Virus record (IMG/VR): IMGVR_UViG_3300049434_000014
Span: 1 to 64,000 of that record
Origin: a virus
Direction: 5' to 3' (one strand)
DNA: 64,000 nt
Of the stretch, positions 1 to 9,660 are shown piece after piece. Position numbers and translations under genes: made by a program. The notes beneath the pieces were generated by a model. That model made no database searches. It was not told where the DNA came from and worked only from the letters and a program-made list of their open reading frames with translations. Positions within the stretch are counted from its first letter, which is position 1. Every line of letters starts with the position of its first letter.

Positions 1-2
1 CT

Positions 3-245
3 GTGCGCCTTCCTGCCGTGCGGATGGACTGGGTGCGTCCGTTGGTGGTCAACGAGGATCTCCATCGCCCTCAGACGCTCGTACAGGTGTTGGCTCCTGC
101 ACTGGCTATCGCCTTGCCGCTGTTCGGGCTGCTGGTCTTTATGTGGTATCAGATGTTCCCCGAGGCTGTGATCTTGATTGTGTTCGTGTTCGCTTTGGCT
201 TCGGGCTTTTTCCGAGCGATAGGTAATAGGTTCCGTCGTGACTAG
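3..245 (+). CDS. membrane protein, probably 5'-truncated by window edge
   Basis: Two hydrophobic segments; overlaps next start codon. Confidence 0.55.
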   Translation: MRLPAVRMDWVRPLVVNEDLHRPQTLVQVLAPALAIALPLFGLLVFMWYQMFPEAVILIVFVFALASGFFRAIGNRFRRD

Positions 246-789
246 TGCGTTGAATTTTGCGGTGATTCTTCCTTCTCTGTTGGTCGCGCATAGTGTCGCT
301 GACCATTGGATGCAGACTTCTAAGCAGATTGCGAATAAGAGTTCTCGGGATTGGGCTGGCCGTCGAGCGTGTGCGTTGCACGTGTTCACCTACACGATTG
401 TCACAGCCGCAACGGTGGGTTTCGTCTGGGGAGTGTTCGGGCTGACCTTCTCGATCTGGGGTTTTCTTACGGGTCAGGTTGTGTCTGCGGTGACGCACTA
501 TTGGGCGGATCGTCGTTTCACTCTCGAGTGGCTCGCCGCGATGCTTGGTAAGTCTGAGTTTCATGATCTCGGAGTGCCTCGTAACGTACAGGCTATTCGA
601 GTTACGTTAAATAATGGCGGCGAAATAGTGAAGTTGTTTACGAAGTCTGATTGTGCTGTTAAGGATATTGAGGATCCGTTTTCGGTGTCCTGGGATAACC
701 CTTCGCTAGGGACAGGTAAGTACGTGTTAGACCAGTCGTGGCATTGGGCTTGCTTGTTTTTCGCTGCCGTCGCGACTGTACTGATCTAA
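238..789 (+). CDS. DUF3307-like membrane protein
   Basis: HxxADHWxQ, THYWADRR and LDQSWH motifs with TM helices. Confidence 0.7.
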   Translation: MTSALNFAVILPSLLVAHSVADHWMQTSKQIANKSSRDWAGRRACALHVFTYTIVTAATVGFVWGVFGLTFSIWGFLTGQVVSAVTHYWADRRFTLEWLAAMLGKSEFHDLGVPRNVQAIRVTLNNGGEIVKLFTKSDCAVKDIEDPFSVSWDNPSLGTGKYVLDQSWHWACLFFAAVATVLI

Positions 790-791
790 CG

Positions 792-800
792 GGGTAGGAC
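792..800 (+). promoter_or_regulatory. phage-type promoter element GGGTAGGAC (first of ~39 copies, see findings)
   Basis: T of TAG lies 11 nt before ATG 806; recurs in intergenic positions across the window. Confidence 0.7.
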
Positions 801-805
801 TCACT

Positions 806-1114
806 ATGGATACTTGGCTTGATCCTCAGTGGTTGATTCCTTATGCTGCGTGGTCTTTGGTTGGCGTATATCTTTTGTTCGTGTTGTACGCCGTCGTGTC
901 GAAGATTAACGATTTTCGTTTCTCTCGATGGGTTCGCGATGAGTCCGTTGAGATCAATGATGTTCATCAGCGTATGCGTTTGAACGCTGACAATTACGTT
1001 CCTGATGTAGATGAAGATTTTGAGCCTAACATCACTCTTGATGATGTCACTGCAGCTGCCATTCCTGCGCCTCGTATGCCTACGATGAGTTTGGTGGTCG
1101 ACGATGAAAGCTGA
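806..1114 (+). CDS. hypothetical membrane protein
   Basis: ORF with N-terminal TM helix. Confidence 0.65.
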   Translation: MDTWLDPQWLIPYAAWSLVGVYLLFVLYAVVSKINDFRFSRWVRDESVEINDVHQRMRLNADNYVPDVDEDFEPNITLDDVTAAAIPAPRMPTMSLVVDDES

Positions 1115-1391
1115 AGATATCGCTGAGATGTTTCATCTTTGCGAGGACGAAGAGTGGGAGACTGTCGCGGAGTGGTGTGGTGGACGGCTTGTTAATCATG
1201 AGGTCGGCGATTCGGGTGAGTTCGAGACGGAGTTGGTAATCCCTCGCCCTGGTCGCCCAGCTCTGTCGGGTCGTCTTGACGATCTTATTGTCCGCTTAGC
1301 GTCTGGTGAGTTTATTGTCTACGAGGTTAAGCAGGGACCTGAGTTTGGAGCTTGGCCACGGATAAGGGACTCGATCTTCAAGAGCGGGTAG
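1104..1391 (+). CDS. hypothetical protein
   Basis: ORF packed between neighbours; stop is the TAG of a GGGTAGGAC element. Confidence 0.65.
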   Translation: MKAEDIAEMFHLCEDEEWETVAEWCGGRLVNHEVGDSGEFETELVIPRPGRPALSGRLDDLIVRLASGEFIVYEVKQGPEFGAWPRIRDSIFKSG

Positions 1392-1427
1392 GACTCTAAC
1401 ACGATCTTCTTCTGTTAGGGGCCTACC

Positions 1428-1652
1428 ATGTGGACTTTGTTGTACCTACTTATCGGTGTCATTGTGGCTGTGTATGCTGCGCGGCCTGCCTGGCGTCGAG
1501 TATCTCCAGGGAAGCAGCGCACGCGGCTGTGGCAGGTGTGCGCGGTCATGGTGCTGGCATGGCCAGGAGTTGGCATTCTCGCCCTGTGTGATACCAAGTT
1601 GACTGTTCAGGAGTATGTCAATCAGTGGGTGTTTGAAGACAGCACGCAGTAA
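1428..1652 (+). CDS. small membrane protein
   Basis: Two hydrophobic segments; AGGGG upstream. Confidence 0.6.
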   Translation: MWTLLYLLIGVIVAVYAARPAWRRVSPGKQRTRLWQVCAVMVLAWPGVGILALCDTKLTVQEYVNQWVFEDSTQ

Positions 1653-1683
1653 TCACAGCACTACGGAGGGGGTATGATCTTTC

Positions 1684-3165
1684 GTGTCTGAACCCTCACG
1701 TGTAGTGCTATCGGCAATGTTTACCAACGATGTGACGTTGGTTGATGAAGTATCTAGGCTCATCTCTGAAGCGCATTTCATTGATCCTACGTTGCGTAGT
1801 TTGTTTCGTGGTGCACTGGCTTTCCGTTCCATTGCTGATGGTGTGTTGACGTCTACGGCTGTGTCGGATCTTGTGTCCGGCTCGGACGCGGGCACGGCTG
1901 CGTTGGTAGTGGAGACCTTTGAGGCGTTGGTCGCTTCGCCTGCTACGGCTGCGGATGCTCGGTGGGCGGTTTCTCGGCTGAGGGCGGATCGTGAGCATTG
2001 GCTTACGCAGACTGCGTTGGCTGATGCCACCGAGATTCTTTCCGGTTCGGTGGCCGACGACAAAGCCGATCGGGTGTGGGCTGGGCCAGCGGATGCTCGG
2101 GAGTGGGCGGCTGCTCGGATTGCTGAGATTGCTACGGAGACGTCTATTGATTCGTCTCCCGCTGGTGATGTGAGTAAAGAAGCACAGGATGTCATTGCTG
2201 CCTATGTCGCGGCTCGCGATGAGGATCGGTCCCGTCGTCCTCGGTTTGGTCTAGGGGTGCTTGACGAGGTCACTGGGGGCCTCGGACCGGGTGAGCTGGT
2301 CGTTGTCGGTGCTCCGTCAGGGCTTGGCAAGTCGCACACTTGTGTGCATCTTGCTTACGAGGCTGCGGTGCGTCAGGGGCTGTCAGTTTATTTCGCTACG
2401 TCGGAGACTGTTCGTTCGGTGGTGCGCAGTCGAATCATCGCACACCATTCTCGTCACGAGAACTTCACTGAGGAACGAGAGTCGTTAGGTCTTGCATTCG
2501 GTTTGGATTCATCTTTGATTTCGCGTGGCGGTCTCGACCAATCGCACATGCCGTTTTTCGCCCGTGTCGTTTCTGATTTCTCTGCGGTGTCTGGATCCTT
2601 GTGGTTAGCTCAGGTTCCGCATGGTCAGACGGTGTCGGTGTTGTCAGCGCAGGTCGACGCGCGTGCTCGAGCGCGTTCTGTGGATTTGGTGATCGTTGAT
2701 TACTTCGCTTTGTTTTCGGGCGGTAAGAGGTTCCCGTCGAGACGTGAAGAGCTTTCGGAGATTATTCTCGCGGGTAAGCATTTCGCGGTTGATCACGCTA
2801 AGGGACGCGGCGTGCCTGTTGTTACGCCGTGGCAGTTCAATCGACAGGCTAAAGAGGAGATGTTGCGGTCGGGCTCACTAGAGCTTGACGGGCTCGCTGA
2901 GACTGCTGAGATTGTCAATACTCCTGATATGGTTTTAGCGCTGGCTCCTGATGGCGCGCGTGAGGGACGGTTCGCCAATCTAAAGCTTGGTGTGTTGAAG
3001 AATCGTTCAGGTACTGTTCTTAAAGATGGCGATGAGATTGGGTTACGTGTCGACTATGCGACGTCGCATTTCGCTCAGCGGATGGGAGTCGACGTGAATG
3101 GCGCAGCATATGTTTCCAACGGGTCAGGCGATGTTGATAACGCGCTGGCTGCGTTGCTCGGGTAG
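1684..3165 (+). CDS. dnaB: DnaB-like replicative helicase
   Basis: Walker A GAPSGLGKS, Walker B LVIVDY, PWQFNR, KNRSG arginine-finger motif. Confidence 0.9.
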   Translation: MSEPSRVVLSAMFTNDVTLVDEVSRLISEAHFIDPTLRSLFRGALAFRSIADGVLTSTAVSDLVSGSDAGTAALVVETFEALVASPATAADARWAVSRLRADREHWLTQTALADATEILSGSVADDKADRVWAGPADAREWAAARIAEIATETSIDSSPAGDVSKEAQDVIAAYVAARDEDRSRRPRFGLGVLDEVTGGLGPGELVVVGAPSGLGKSHTCVHLAYEAAVRQGLSVYFATSETVRSVVRSRIIAHHSRHENFTEERESLGLAFGLDSSLISRGGLDQSHMPFFARVVSDFSAVSGSLWLAQVPHGQTVSVLSAQVDARARARSVDLVIVDYFALFSGGKRFPSRREELSEIILAGKHFAVDHAKGRGVPVVTPWQFNRQAKEEMLRSGSLELDGLAETAEIVNTPDMVLALAPDGAREGRFANLKLGVLKNRSGTVLKDGDEIGLRVDYATSHFAQRMGVDVNGAAYVSNGSGDVDNALAALLG

Positions 3166-3173
3166 GAGTAAGT

Positions 3174-3674
3174 ATGACTGTCGACTTGCAGGTTATCGCG
3201 GCGGATATTTGCCGCAACGTGGGGCGTGAGTTTCCCGCTTCCCGTGAAGACATGGTGTTGCGTGAGCTGGCTCATCTTATGGAAGAGGTAGTCGAGCTTG
3301 ACGAGGTTCTAGAAGAGGACCATCTCGCGGGTATTAAAGATGAGTTGGCCGACACTGTCCTTACTTGTTACGTCGTTGCTCATTATCTGCCTGAAGATGT
3401 CGGACCACATTTGGGTGTGGCTGTGCTTGCGGCAGCGGTCGGCTATCTCCCCGAGGCTCCCTACCGTCCTGCTGGCCGTGCGATGAAGGCGGGCAGGCGC
3501 TATCTCGGGATCGCGCGTAGGAGCGGGCCTGCAGCGGCTGTGTTGCTGCGTCTGGCTGAGGTGGTGGTCTCTTGTCACGCCGTGGCGCATCGCATAGGCA
3601 TCGACCTAAATGAAGCGATCTTGGAGAAGACTCGTGTCGTCTTCTCTCGCGGGTGGCGCGACCCTGCTGGGTAG
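3174..3674 (+). CDS. MazG-like nucleotide pyrophosphohydrolase
   Basis: EEVVEL...DELAD acidic motifs; GIDLNEAILEK tail. Confidence 0.7.
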   Translation: MTVDLQVIAADICRNVGREFPASREDMVLRELAHLMEEVVELDEVLEEDHLAGIKDELADTVLTCYVVAHYLPEDVGPHLGVAVLAAAVGYLPEAPYRPAGRAMKAGRRYLGIARRSGPAAAVLLRLAEVVVSCHAVAHRIGIDLNEAILEKTRVVFSRGWRDPAG

Positions 3675-3717
3675 GACTTGCTAGGTTGATACGAGTTTAA
3701 TCGTTGAGGGGCGTACC

Positions 3718-4485
3718 ATGTCTGTTCGGTTGGTGGTTGGCTCTACGGCGCTGCAGGCTTATCTTGAGTTGCCTCGCCCCCCTCGGGATCTGGATCTGTT
3801 TTCCACTGAGCCCGAGCAGGGTGCGGAGACTTGCTGGCATCCGTTGCTGACGGAGTGGCTTCCTGAAGGTACGAATCGGGTAGCAACACTCGATGAGCTG
3901 TATACCATTAAGGTTTCGCATGCTTACTGGGTGCTCAAGAATGGTTCCTGGACCAAGCATATGAATGATGTTGTCCGGATGAAGCGAGCGGGTGCGCAGC
4001 TCATTCCGTGGCTGCATGATCTGTTGTACAAAGTGTGCGAGGATTTGCATGGAAAGAAGAAGGTCGATCTCAACGCTGATGCTGCGGAGTTCTTTTCCGA
4101 TACAGTGAAGCGAGTTTATGATCACGATTCTATCCATGCCTCGATTGCTTATGGCGAGCGTCCGATGTATTTGGCCACGCTTAAAGAGGGATCGACAGTT
4201 GATGTGGATCTGACAAAGCTGTGGGCGCTTTCCTGGCCGGATTTGATTAAGTACTTCCGAGAGGAGACTTATGTAATCGCTTTGGAGAGGTTTCTCATTC
4301 CGAGAGTTACTACCTCTCCTGTCGGTGCGTATAAGAAAGCGCTGTGCAAGATGATTACCTCCCTCACTAAGGGACGCAGTGCTTTGTTTATTGTGGAGAA
4401 TTACGACGTGTTTCGTCGTCCCGATATCGATTATGTGGATCGGCATCGGGCAAATGCTCATAAGTTGATTCGACTGGAAGGCTAG
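3718..4485 (+). CDS. phage protein with nucleotidyltransferase-like N-terminus
   Basis: VVGSTAL...RDLDL (GS..DxD); YDHDSIH motif. Confidence 0.55.
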   Translation: MSVRLVVGSTALQAYLELPRPPRDLDLFSTEPEQGAETCWHPLLTEWLPEGTNRVATLDELYTIKVSHAYWVLKNGSWTKHMNDVVRMKRAGAQLIPWLHDLLYKVCEDLHGKKKVDLNADAAEFFSDTVKRVYDHDSIHASIAYGERPMYLATLKEGSTVDVDLTKLWALSWPDLIKYFREETYVIALERFLIPRVTTSPVGAYKKALCKMITSLTKGRSALFIVENYDVFRRPDIDYVDRHRANAHKLIRLEG

Positions 4486-4488
4486 AAA

Positions 4489-4818
4489 ATGTTTACTCTC
4501 CCTACTTCTGAGGTGTCCGATCTGCTCGAGAACCATACGGGTGATGGCTGGAGTTTCTGGGTTTGGTTTGGCAAGAATGATTCCGAGTTTGTTCCGGGTC
4601 TGGGCACCGTTAAGGTTGTGGATACTGTCGGCGGCTCTGAGGGCGACGGCGAGTATATGCACGTTGTCGTGGAGGTTGTCTCCGCTGACGGTTCTGTCGC
4701 CTATTTCAAGAAGACGGGCACTTACGACTCTTGGGATTCCAATGATTGGGATGGCGACCTCGAGCAGGTGCAGCCGGTATCGAAGACGATCACTGTTTAC
4801 GATCCCATTGCCGTCTAA
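4489..4818 (+). CDS. hypothetical acidic phage protein
   Basis: ORF with GGSEGDGE motif; GGAAGG upstream. Confidence 0.65.
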   Translation: MFTLPTSEVSDLLENHTGDGWSFWVWFGKNDSEFVPGLGTVKVVDTVGGSEGDGEYMHVVVEVVSADGSVAYFKKTGTYDSWDSNDWDGDLEQVQPVSKTITVYDPIAV

Positions 4819-5156
4819 TGTCTGGCGAGCGGGATTGGTTGTGTGACGTTTCTGTCGAGGAACTGAAGCGGCGCCTTCGTGCTGTTATGGGCGAATCGAT
4901 GGAGATCGAGTGCATTCTCGCGGACGCTCTCGGATATGGACGCGGCGAAGAGGATGGTCCGTGTCCGGGAGCGCCTGTCACTGGTGATCACACGGCTGTG
5001 ACGTTGGCTATGGAGGCTGCTGCGACGCTGCGTGCTGTGGGTTATGTCCGGCCTCCTGTCGTTGTGTCTGAGGCGCGTGAGCTTCGAGTGCCTGTGTCGG
5101 ATGAGTCTGGGTTCTTTCGTTTCATGCTTCCGTCTGAGACAGAATCGAGCGGGTAG
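4818..5156 (+). CDS. hypothetical protein
   Basis: ATG overlaps upstream TAA; ends at motif TAG. Confidence 0.55.
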   Translation: MSGERDWLCDVSVEELKRRLRAVMGESMEIECILADALGYGRGEEDGPCPGAPVTGDHTAVTLAMEAAATLRAVGYVRPPVVVSEARELRVPVSDESGFFRFMLPSETESSG

Positions 5157-5210
5157 GACTGAGACACGAAGCCCTTGAGGCTGTGTGCAATGAAGGGATC
5201 AGGGATCAAA

Positions 5211-5705
5211 ATGGCACGAGGTGCGATGCCGTGGACGGTGGCGATTGATAAGGCTATCGAAGATGGCGAATGGCATTCCGCAGTGGAGGTCATTGCTGCG
5301 GGTGCGGCTGAGGTTCCGCGTGAGCGGGCGTTGGAGGAAATGGGCGAGAGCCGCGCGACGACTGCTGATGAGGATCGGCGCGTTGACGCGGGTGCAAAGA
5401 CTCTGGCTCGTCAGGCGCTGATGGGAATGCGTCGTTTCGGCAAGGTCGAGTTCTCTCGGGATAAGAAAGAGGTTCGCAAGGTCACTGATCAGTCGGTGTC
5501 TCTTGGCGTACTCGCCGAGCGGGTCACTCATCTTGAGTTGCTGGTTGCTCAGCTGTCTGACAATATCGTGACTATCTCGAATGGAATGTTCCCGGCGTCT
5601 GCTCTTTCTCAGGCGCAGATGGATGAGGTTTTCGCACGGTCCTCTGGCGGCGATGTTGAGATTCAGTCTCCGGTTCAGACTGTGGATTCTGAGGTGTCGG
5701 AATGA
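5211..5705 (+). CDS. hypothetical protein
   Basis: ORF with AGGGA upstream. Confidence 0.65.
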   Translation: MARGAMPWTVAIDKAIEDGEWHSAVEVIAAGAAEVPRERALEEMGESRATTADEDRRVDAGAKTLARQALMGMRRFGKVEFSRDKKEVRKVTDQSVSLGVLAERVTHLELLVAQLSDNIVTISNGMFPASALSQAQMDEVFARSSGGDVEIQSPVQTVDSEVSE

Positions 5706-5983
5706 CCACGGCGACGAAGGATCGGCTGCACATTCATATTGGTGTCGGTCCGGTTGCTTCGCATGTGATCAATCGCGGGACGCTGGAAGATGCGCACGGT
5801 GAGGTGCATTTCCGTTCCCCTGACGACAAGTTCGTTGTCGCTTACAAGGATGGGAAGGTGTGGGCGCGTCGCGGTGGGTTCGGTGTTTCGGAGTCTCATT
5901 ACCGTGAGGCGTTCCGTTTCCTTACCCTGGTAGGTATTCCTGGATTCGTGCGGTTCTCGAAGAACCGTATCGGCAAGCCGTAG
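5702..5983 (+). CDS. hypothetical protein
   Basis: ATGA overlap with upstream gene. Confidence 0.6.
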   Translation: MTTATKDRLHIHIGVGPVASHVINRGTLEDAHGEVHFRSPDDKFVVAYKDGKVWARRGGFGVSESHYREAFRFLTLVGIPGFVRFSKNRIGKP

Positions 5984-5996
5984 GAGGTGTGTCCGG

Positions 5997-6506
5997 GTGC
6001 GGAGGCTGCATCGACCAGGCGATATAGGTCGAGCGGTTGCGTCAGTGCCGATCATCGATGTGCTTGCATCGTTGGGCGTCATAGTCGAGGCAGCTCCGCT
6101 TCCCGGCACCACCCAGAAGATCTGGTGTCCGTTCTCGGATCTTCATCCTGATGGTGGTCGTCAACGTGAGATGCGTCTTTATCCTGATGGTAAGGCGCAC
6201 TGCCATATATGCGTGAAGCAATACGATTCGGTGTCGATGGCTGCCCAGGCTTGGGGAGTCTCGCAGCGGATCGCGGCGCAGCGTCTGCTCGCGGGCCAGG
6301 AGGTCATCGCTGAACGCCAGGCGGTGCGGTCGCTGTATGTGGTCCGTGCTGGCGCTGTGGCTGCGCTGGGCGTGTGGGCGGATGCTCATGACGTGGATCG
6401 GTTCGGGCCTGGGTATCGGCGCTGTCTGGCGCTTGCTGACCACATTCAGGAGCCGGGGCACGTGAAGCTGTGGCTTGCTGCGAGTAAACAATTCCTACGA
6501 GGGTAG
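5997..6506 (+). CDS. primase-type CHC2 zinc-finger protein (no TOPRIM domain)
   Basis: CPFxxxH...HCHIC...D pattern; AGGAGG RBS. Confidence 0.7.
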   Translation: MRRLHRPGDIGRAVASVPIIDVLASLGVIVEAAPLPGTTQKIWCPFSDLHPDGGRQREMRLYPDGKAHCHICVKQYDSVSMAAQAWGVSQRIAAQRLLAGQEVIAERQAVRSLYVVRAGAVAALGVWADAHDVDRFGPGYRRCLALADHIQEPGHVKLWLAASKQFLRG

Positions 6507-6514
6507 GACTTCTT

Positions 6515-6727
6515 ATGCCTAATCCTGATTTGTCTGTGATCGCTTGTCCTGACTGCGGCACGATTGGATCTCTCGAGTTGAAGTCGAGGTTACATGCTCG
6601 CCCGATCGGATCCTTCTCGCTTGCGGGTCAGCAGATGAAGGTTTCTGCGGTGGCCGTGCCTGTCTTAGCGTGCTCTGCTGATGACTGTGAGTTTGTGAAA
6701 TACCCCAGCGGATGGAGCCTTGAGTAA
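6515..6727 (+). CDS. small Cys4 zinc-binding protein
   Basis: CPDC and CSADDC; start 11 nt after motif. Confidence 0.6.
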   Translation: MPNPDLSVIACPDCGTIGSLELKSRLHARPIGSFSLAGQQMKVSAVAVPVLACSADDCEFVKYPSGWSLE

Positions 6728-6987
6728 TCACGTACTCGAATGGCTGTCATCTGTCCGAGTTGTCGGCGTTGGGTTGTTTACTCTTAGCTCGCATCTCGGC
6801 TGAGCACGTTGTAAGTTAGCTTCCCGTTAGGTGGACGGCTTGAGTGTCTGGCGTCTCCAGCGTGGCGGTGCCGAATATTTTCTTACCTGGAGACATTGTT
6901 CGACGAGGCGGTCTGGGGTCCGGTCTGCTTGTGAGTCTTCCTCGGTAGGACAGCTCAACTGTTGCCTAAGAGGTTGGAGAGGTTGTT

Positions 6988-7329
6988 GTGGCTGCCCCTG
7001 TGATGGATGTTATCGCTCCGATTAATGATGCTGGTGTTGAGATTGGTCAACATAGTATCGAAGAGACGGTAGTCTGGGATGTGTACCGTGCGTTGTGCGG
7101 TGCACTTACTGGATCAGATCAACCTGAGATTTGGACGATGTTGACTCATCCGAATCTGAGAGCTTCAAGGTCGGGACACGAGACTGAAGACGAGTTGTTC
7201 CGCGCGTCTTTGTACTTGATCCTTGCTATCCGGGCTGAGGTTGCTGGGGATTCCCCGGCTGATTACCTCGCCGAAGCGCATGCCCTGATCGCTTCTGCGG
7301 TCGGGTTATCGGAGGTTCGACACTGGTGA
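6988..7329 (+). CDS. hypothetical protein
   Basis: GGAGAGG RBS. Confidence 0.6.
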   Translation: MAAPVMDVIAPINDAGVEIGQHSIEETVVWDVYRALCGALTGSDQPEIWTMLTHPNLRASRSGHETEDELFRASLYLILAIRAEVAGDSPADYLAEAHALIASAVGLSEVRHW

Positions 7330-7592
7330 TCCCCTGGAGTAGTAGACGAAGACGTCCGGAGCTTTCTGAAGCTGAACGCCAGCTGCTACTCCAAATTGAC
7401 GCTGGGGAGTTTTCTGATAGTGATTACTTAATGCTACGTAGGCTAGAAGATTTAGGTGTGGTGGAGATTCCTCGACAACGTACATGGCGACCGCGTCGTA
7501 TTAATATAACACATTTAGGTAGACGTGTTGTCGTTGGTATTCGTGGTCGATTATGGGTCGAGGAGAATGGGACGATGGGGGAGACTACGTGA
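7326..7592 (+). CDS. hypothetical protein, possible winged helix
   Basis: LRRLEDLGVV...ITHLGR pattern; GTGA overlaps. Confidence 0.5.
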   Translation: MIPWSSRRRRPELSEAERQLLLQIDAGEFSDSDYLMLRRLEDLGVVEIPRQRTWRPRRINITHLGRRVVVGIRGRLWVEENGTMGETT

Positions 7593-8260
7593 GGCTGTTA
7601 GGGTTGGTCCTGGGAGCGGCTGTCCTCGTAGCCGGGTGTGGACCTACCAATCATTATGAAACTCCCATCACTCCCACTCCACTTCCAGCCACGGCCTCTG
7701 CACCGATTCCTAATCCTTTACCGGTGACGGAGTCGTCGGCTCGCCCTGAGTCGCTTCTCGTTTCGAAGCCAGCTTATGACCGGAAAAAGTACTTTGGTGA
7801 TGGCTGGCGTATCGTTGAAGGTAATTGCGATACGAGAGAGATTGTTCTTTCGTATCAGGCAGTTGGTGAGCCTGTCGACAGAGATGGTGATGGTTGTAAG
7901 GATGATGCGGACATTCTTGATCCTTACACTAATACTGTGATTAATCCTCATCTCAGTCAGATCGACCATGTGCTCTCGCTGAAGCGCATGTGGGATGGCG
8001 GTGCGTGGAAGTGGTCGCAGCAGCAGCGTCTGGATGCTGCTCAGGATCGTAACAATCTCCTGGCCGTCTCGGGCGCGGGTCCTTATGGCAATGAGGCCAA
8101 GGGTGATCTCGGTCCGGACAAATGGCGTCCGCACGCTCAGTCCGGGTGGTGTCGCTACGCCACCGTCTATCGTTTCACGGCTACGAAGTATATGATCTAT
8201 CTCACTCCCAGTGAGGATGTTGCGTTGAGTGATATGTCTGCCACCTGTCCTCCTCGGTAG
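7589..8260 (+). CDS. DUF1524/HNH-family nuclease lipoprotein
   Basis: Lipobox LVAGC; IDHVLSL, W..GA..W, NLLAVS, N.AKGD..P..W.P motifs. Confidence 0.8.
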   Translation: MRLLGLVLGAAVLVAGCGPTNHYETPITPTPLPATASAPIPNPLPVTESSARPESLLVSKPAYDRKKYFGDGWRIVEGNCDTREIVLSYQAVGEPVDRDGDGCKDDADILDPYTNTVINPHLSQIDHVLSLKRMWDGGAWKWSQQQRLDAAQDRNNLLAVSGAGPYGNEAKGDLGPDKWRPHAQSGWCRYATVYRFTATKYMIYLTPSEDVALSDMSATCPPR

Positions 8261-8284
8261 GATTGAGTGACCTAGGGAGGAACG

Positions 8285-8854
8285 ATGGAGACTGCTGTGG
8301 ACAATAAGGAATCTTTGGAGAAGGTATTACTTCTTGAATACGAGCAACTGAAGAAGGAACAGGTATCTCGTATTCGAGTTCGTGACAATCTTCTCTATGC
8401 GACATTGGTTTCTTTAGCAGCCGTGTTGGCTGCTGTGATCAATGAGCATGGTCAGTTTAATTTCCTACTGCTACTACCACCTGTTAGTTTGATTCTGGGT
8501 TGGACGTATCTCATCAACGATGAGAAGATCTCGGCTGTCGGCAGTTACATTCGGGTGGTGCTGACTCCACGCGTTGAAGACGTAATCGGCGGTTATGATG
8601 TGTTCGGCTGGGAGACTGCACATCGTATTGATGCACGTAGGAGGTTGCGTAAGATCTTGCAACTAGTTGTTGACCTAATGGCGTTTTGTTTTCTCCCGCT
8701 GGCTGCTTTGGTGGCCTTCATGGTGCACGGCGATCGGGCTGCTCCGTTTGTGGTGATTTGGAGTGTGGAGCTGCTGGCGATTCTTGTTCTAACGAGTATG
8801 TTCGTTGTTTATTCTGAGTTGTGGACGGTTCGCGCACAGCCTGCTGTTCGGTAG
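8285..8854 (+). CDS. integral membrane protein
   Basis: Four TM helices; GGGAGG RBS. Confidence 0.7.
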   Translation: METAVDNKESLEKVLLLEYEQLKKEQVSRIRVRDNLLYATLVSLAAVLAAVINEHGQFNFLLLLPPVSLILGWTYLINDEKISAVGSYIRVVLTPRVEDVIGGYDVFGWETAHRIDARRRLRKILQLVVDLMAFCFLPLAALVAFMVHGDRAAPFVVIWSVELLAILVLTSMFVVYSELWTVRAQPAVR

Positions 8855-8872
8855 GATTGAGGAGGTGTTCGG

Positions 8873-9400
8873 GTGAACGCGGACGAGATTCCTCAAGACT
8901 TAATTGACATTCTTGATGCTCGTGCTGGTAAACAGCATAGTCGTCACGGTATCGTTGTTAAGACTTTAGCAGAAATCTTGACGCGTTTTGATGATCTAAG
9001 GATGGACTCAGTGGGTAGATACGTTATGAAGGCATCGAAGGATGATGACCTGTACGTTGAGTGGTCGACTGTTGTTGACGATGCTATCTTTGTCGGCTCT
9101 CGGGTTGAGATGCTCACTCATCTTGAGTATGAGGACGCGGGTCAGCATCCGGGGTTTGCTCCGCTGCCTGGTAATCGTGCCGAGGATCGTTTGACGCGTT
9201 GTGACGAGACGGGTACTTCTTATCGGCACAAGTGGCCTTCTGGTGGCGGCCCCGAGGGGTCGTGGGATGATTCCACTATTCAGATCGGTCAGGAGGGGAC
9301 GATCGCTCGCGACAAGCTCGGTGAGTATGCTCTTGCTATCAAACGAAACGACATGAGTGCACGCGATGCGTTGATTACTCAGTTTGTGTGGGATGACTGA
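8873..9400 (+). CDS. hypothetical protein
   Basis: GAGGAGG RBS. Confidence 0.65.
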   Translation: MNADEIPQDLIDILDARAGKQHSRHGIVVKTLAEILTRFDDLRMDSVGRYVMKASKDDDLYVEWSTVVDDAIFVGSRVEMLTHLEYEDAGQHPGFAPLPGNRAEDRLTRCDETGTSYRHKWPSGGGPEGSWDDSTIQIGQEGTIARDKLGEYALAIKRNDMSARDALITQFVWDD

Positions 9401-9660
9401 TGATCGGTCTCATGGATTTGACTGAAGGTGAGAGTTCCTTACTGGTCAGGATCGCTGAAGGTGTTTTGCTGGATGGTTTGTACTTGCCACGTCCGTATTG
9501 GCAGCCGTCTGGGCAAGCCCTAAACTCTTTGGACTATGACGATTATTGGTCTCTCATAGAGAAGGGTTTGATTGTTCCTATTCAGGATTCTTGTCATCAG
9601 GTTATGCCTACTCGGGATGCGGTGCAGCTGATCCGCTGGTTGCAGGAACTGGATTCCTAA
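9400..9660 (+). CDS. hypothetical protein
   Basis: TGATG coupling. Confidence 0.55.
   Translation: MIGLMDLTEGESSLLVRIAEGVLLDGLYLPRPYWQPSGQALNSLDYDDYWSLIEKGLIVPIQDSCHQVMPTRDAVQLIRWLQELDS

Noticed and set aside
6728-6987. Possible ncRNA in a 260-nt gap
   Set aside because: Only one modest stem (GTCTCCAG/CTGGAGAC) and no recognisable motif; insufficient support
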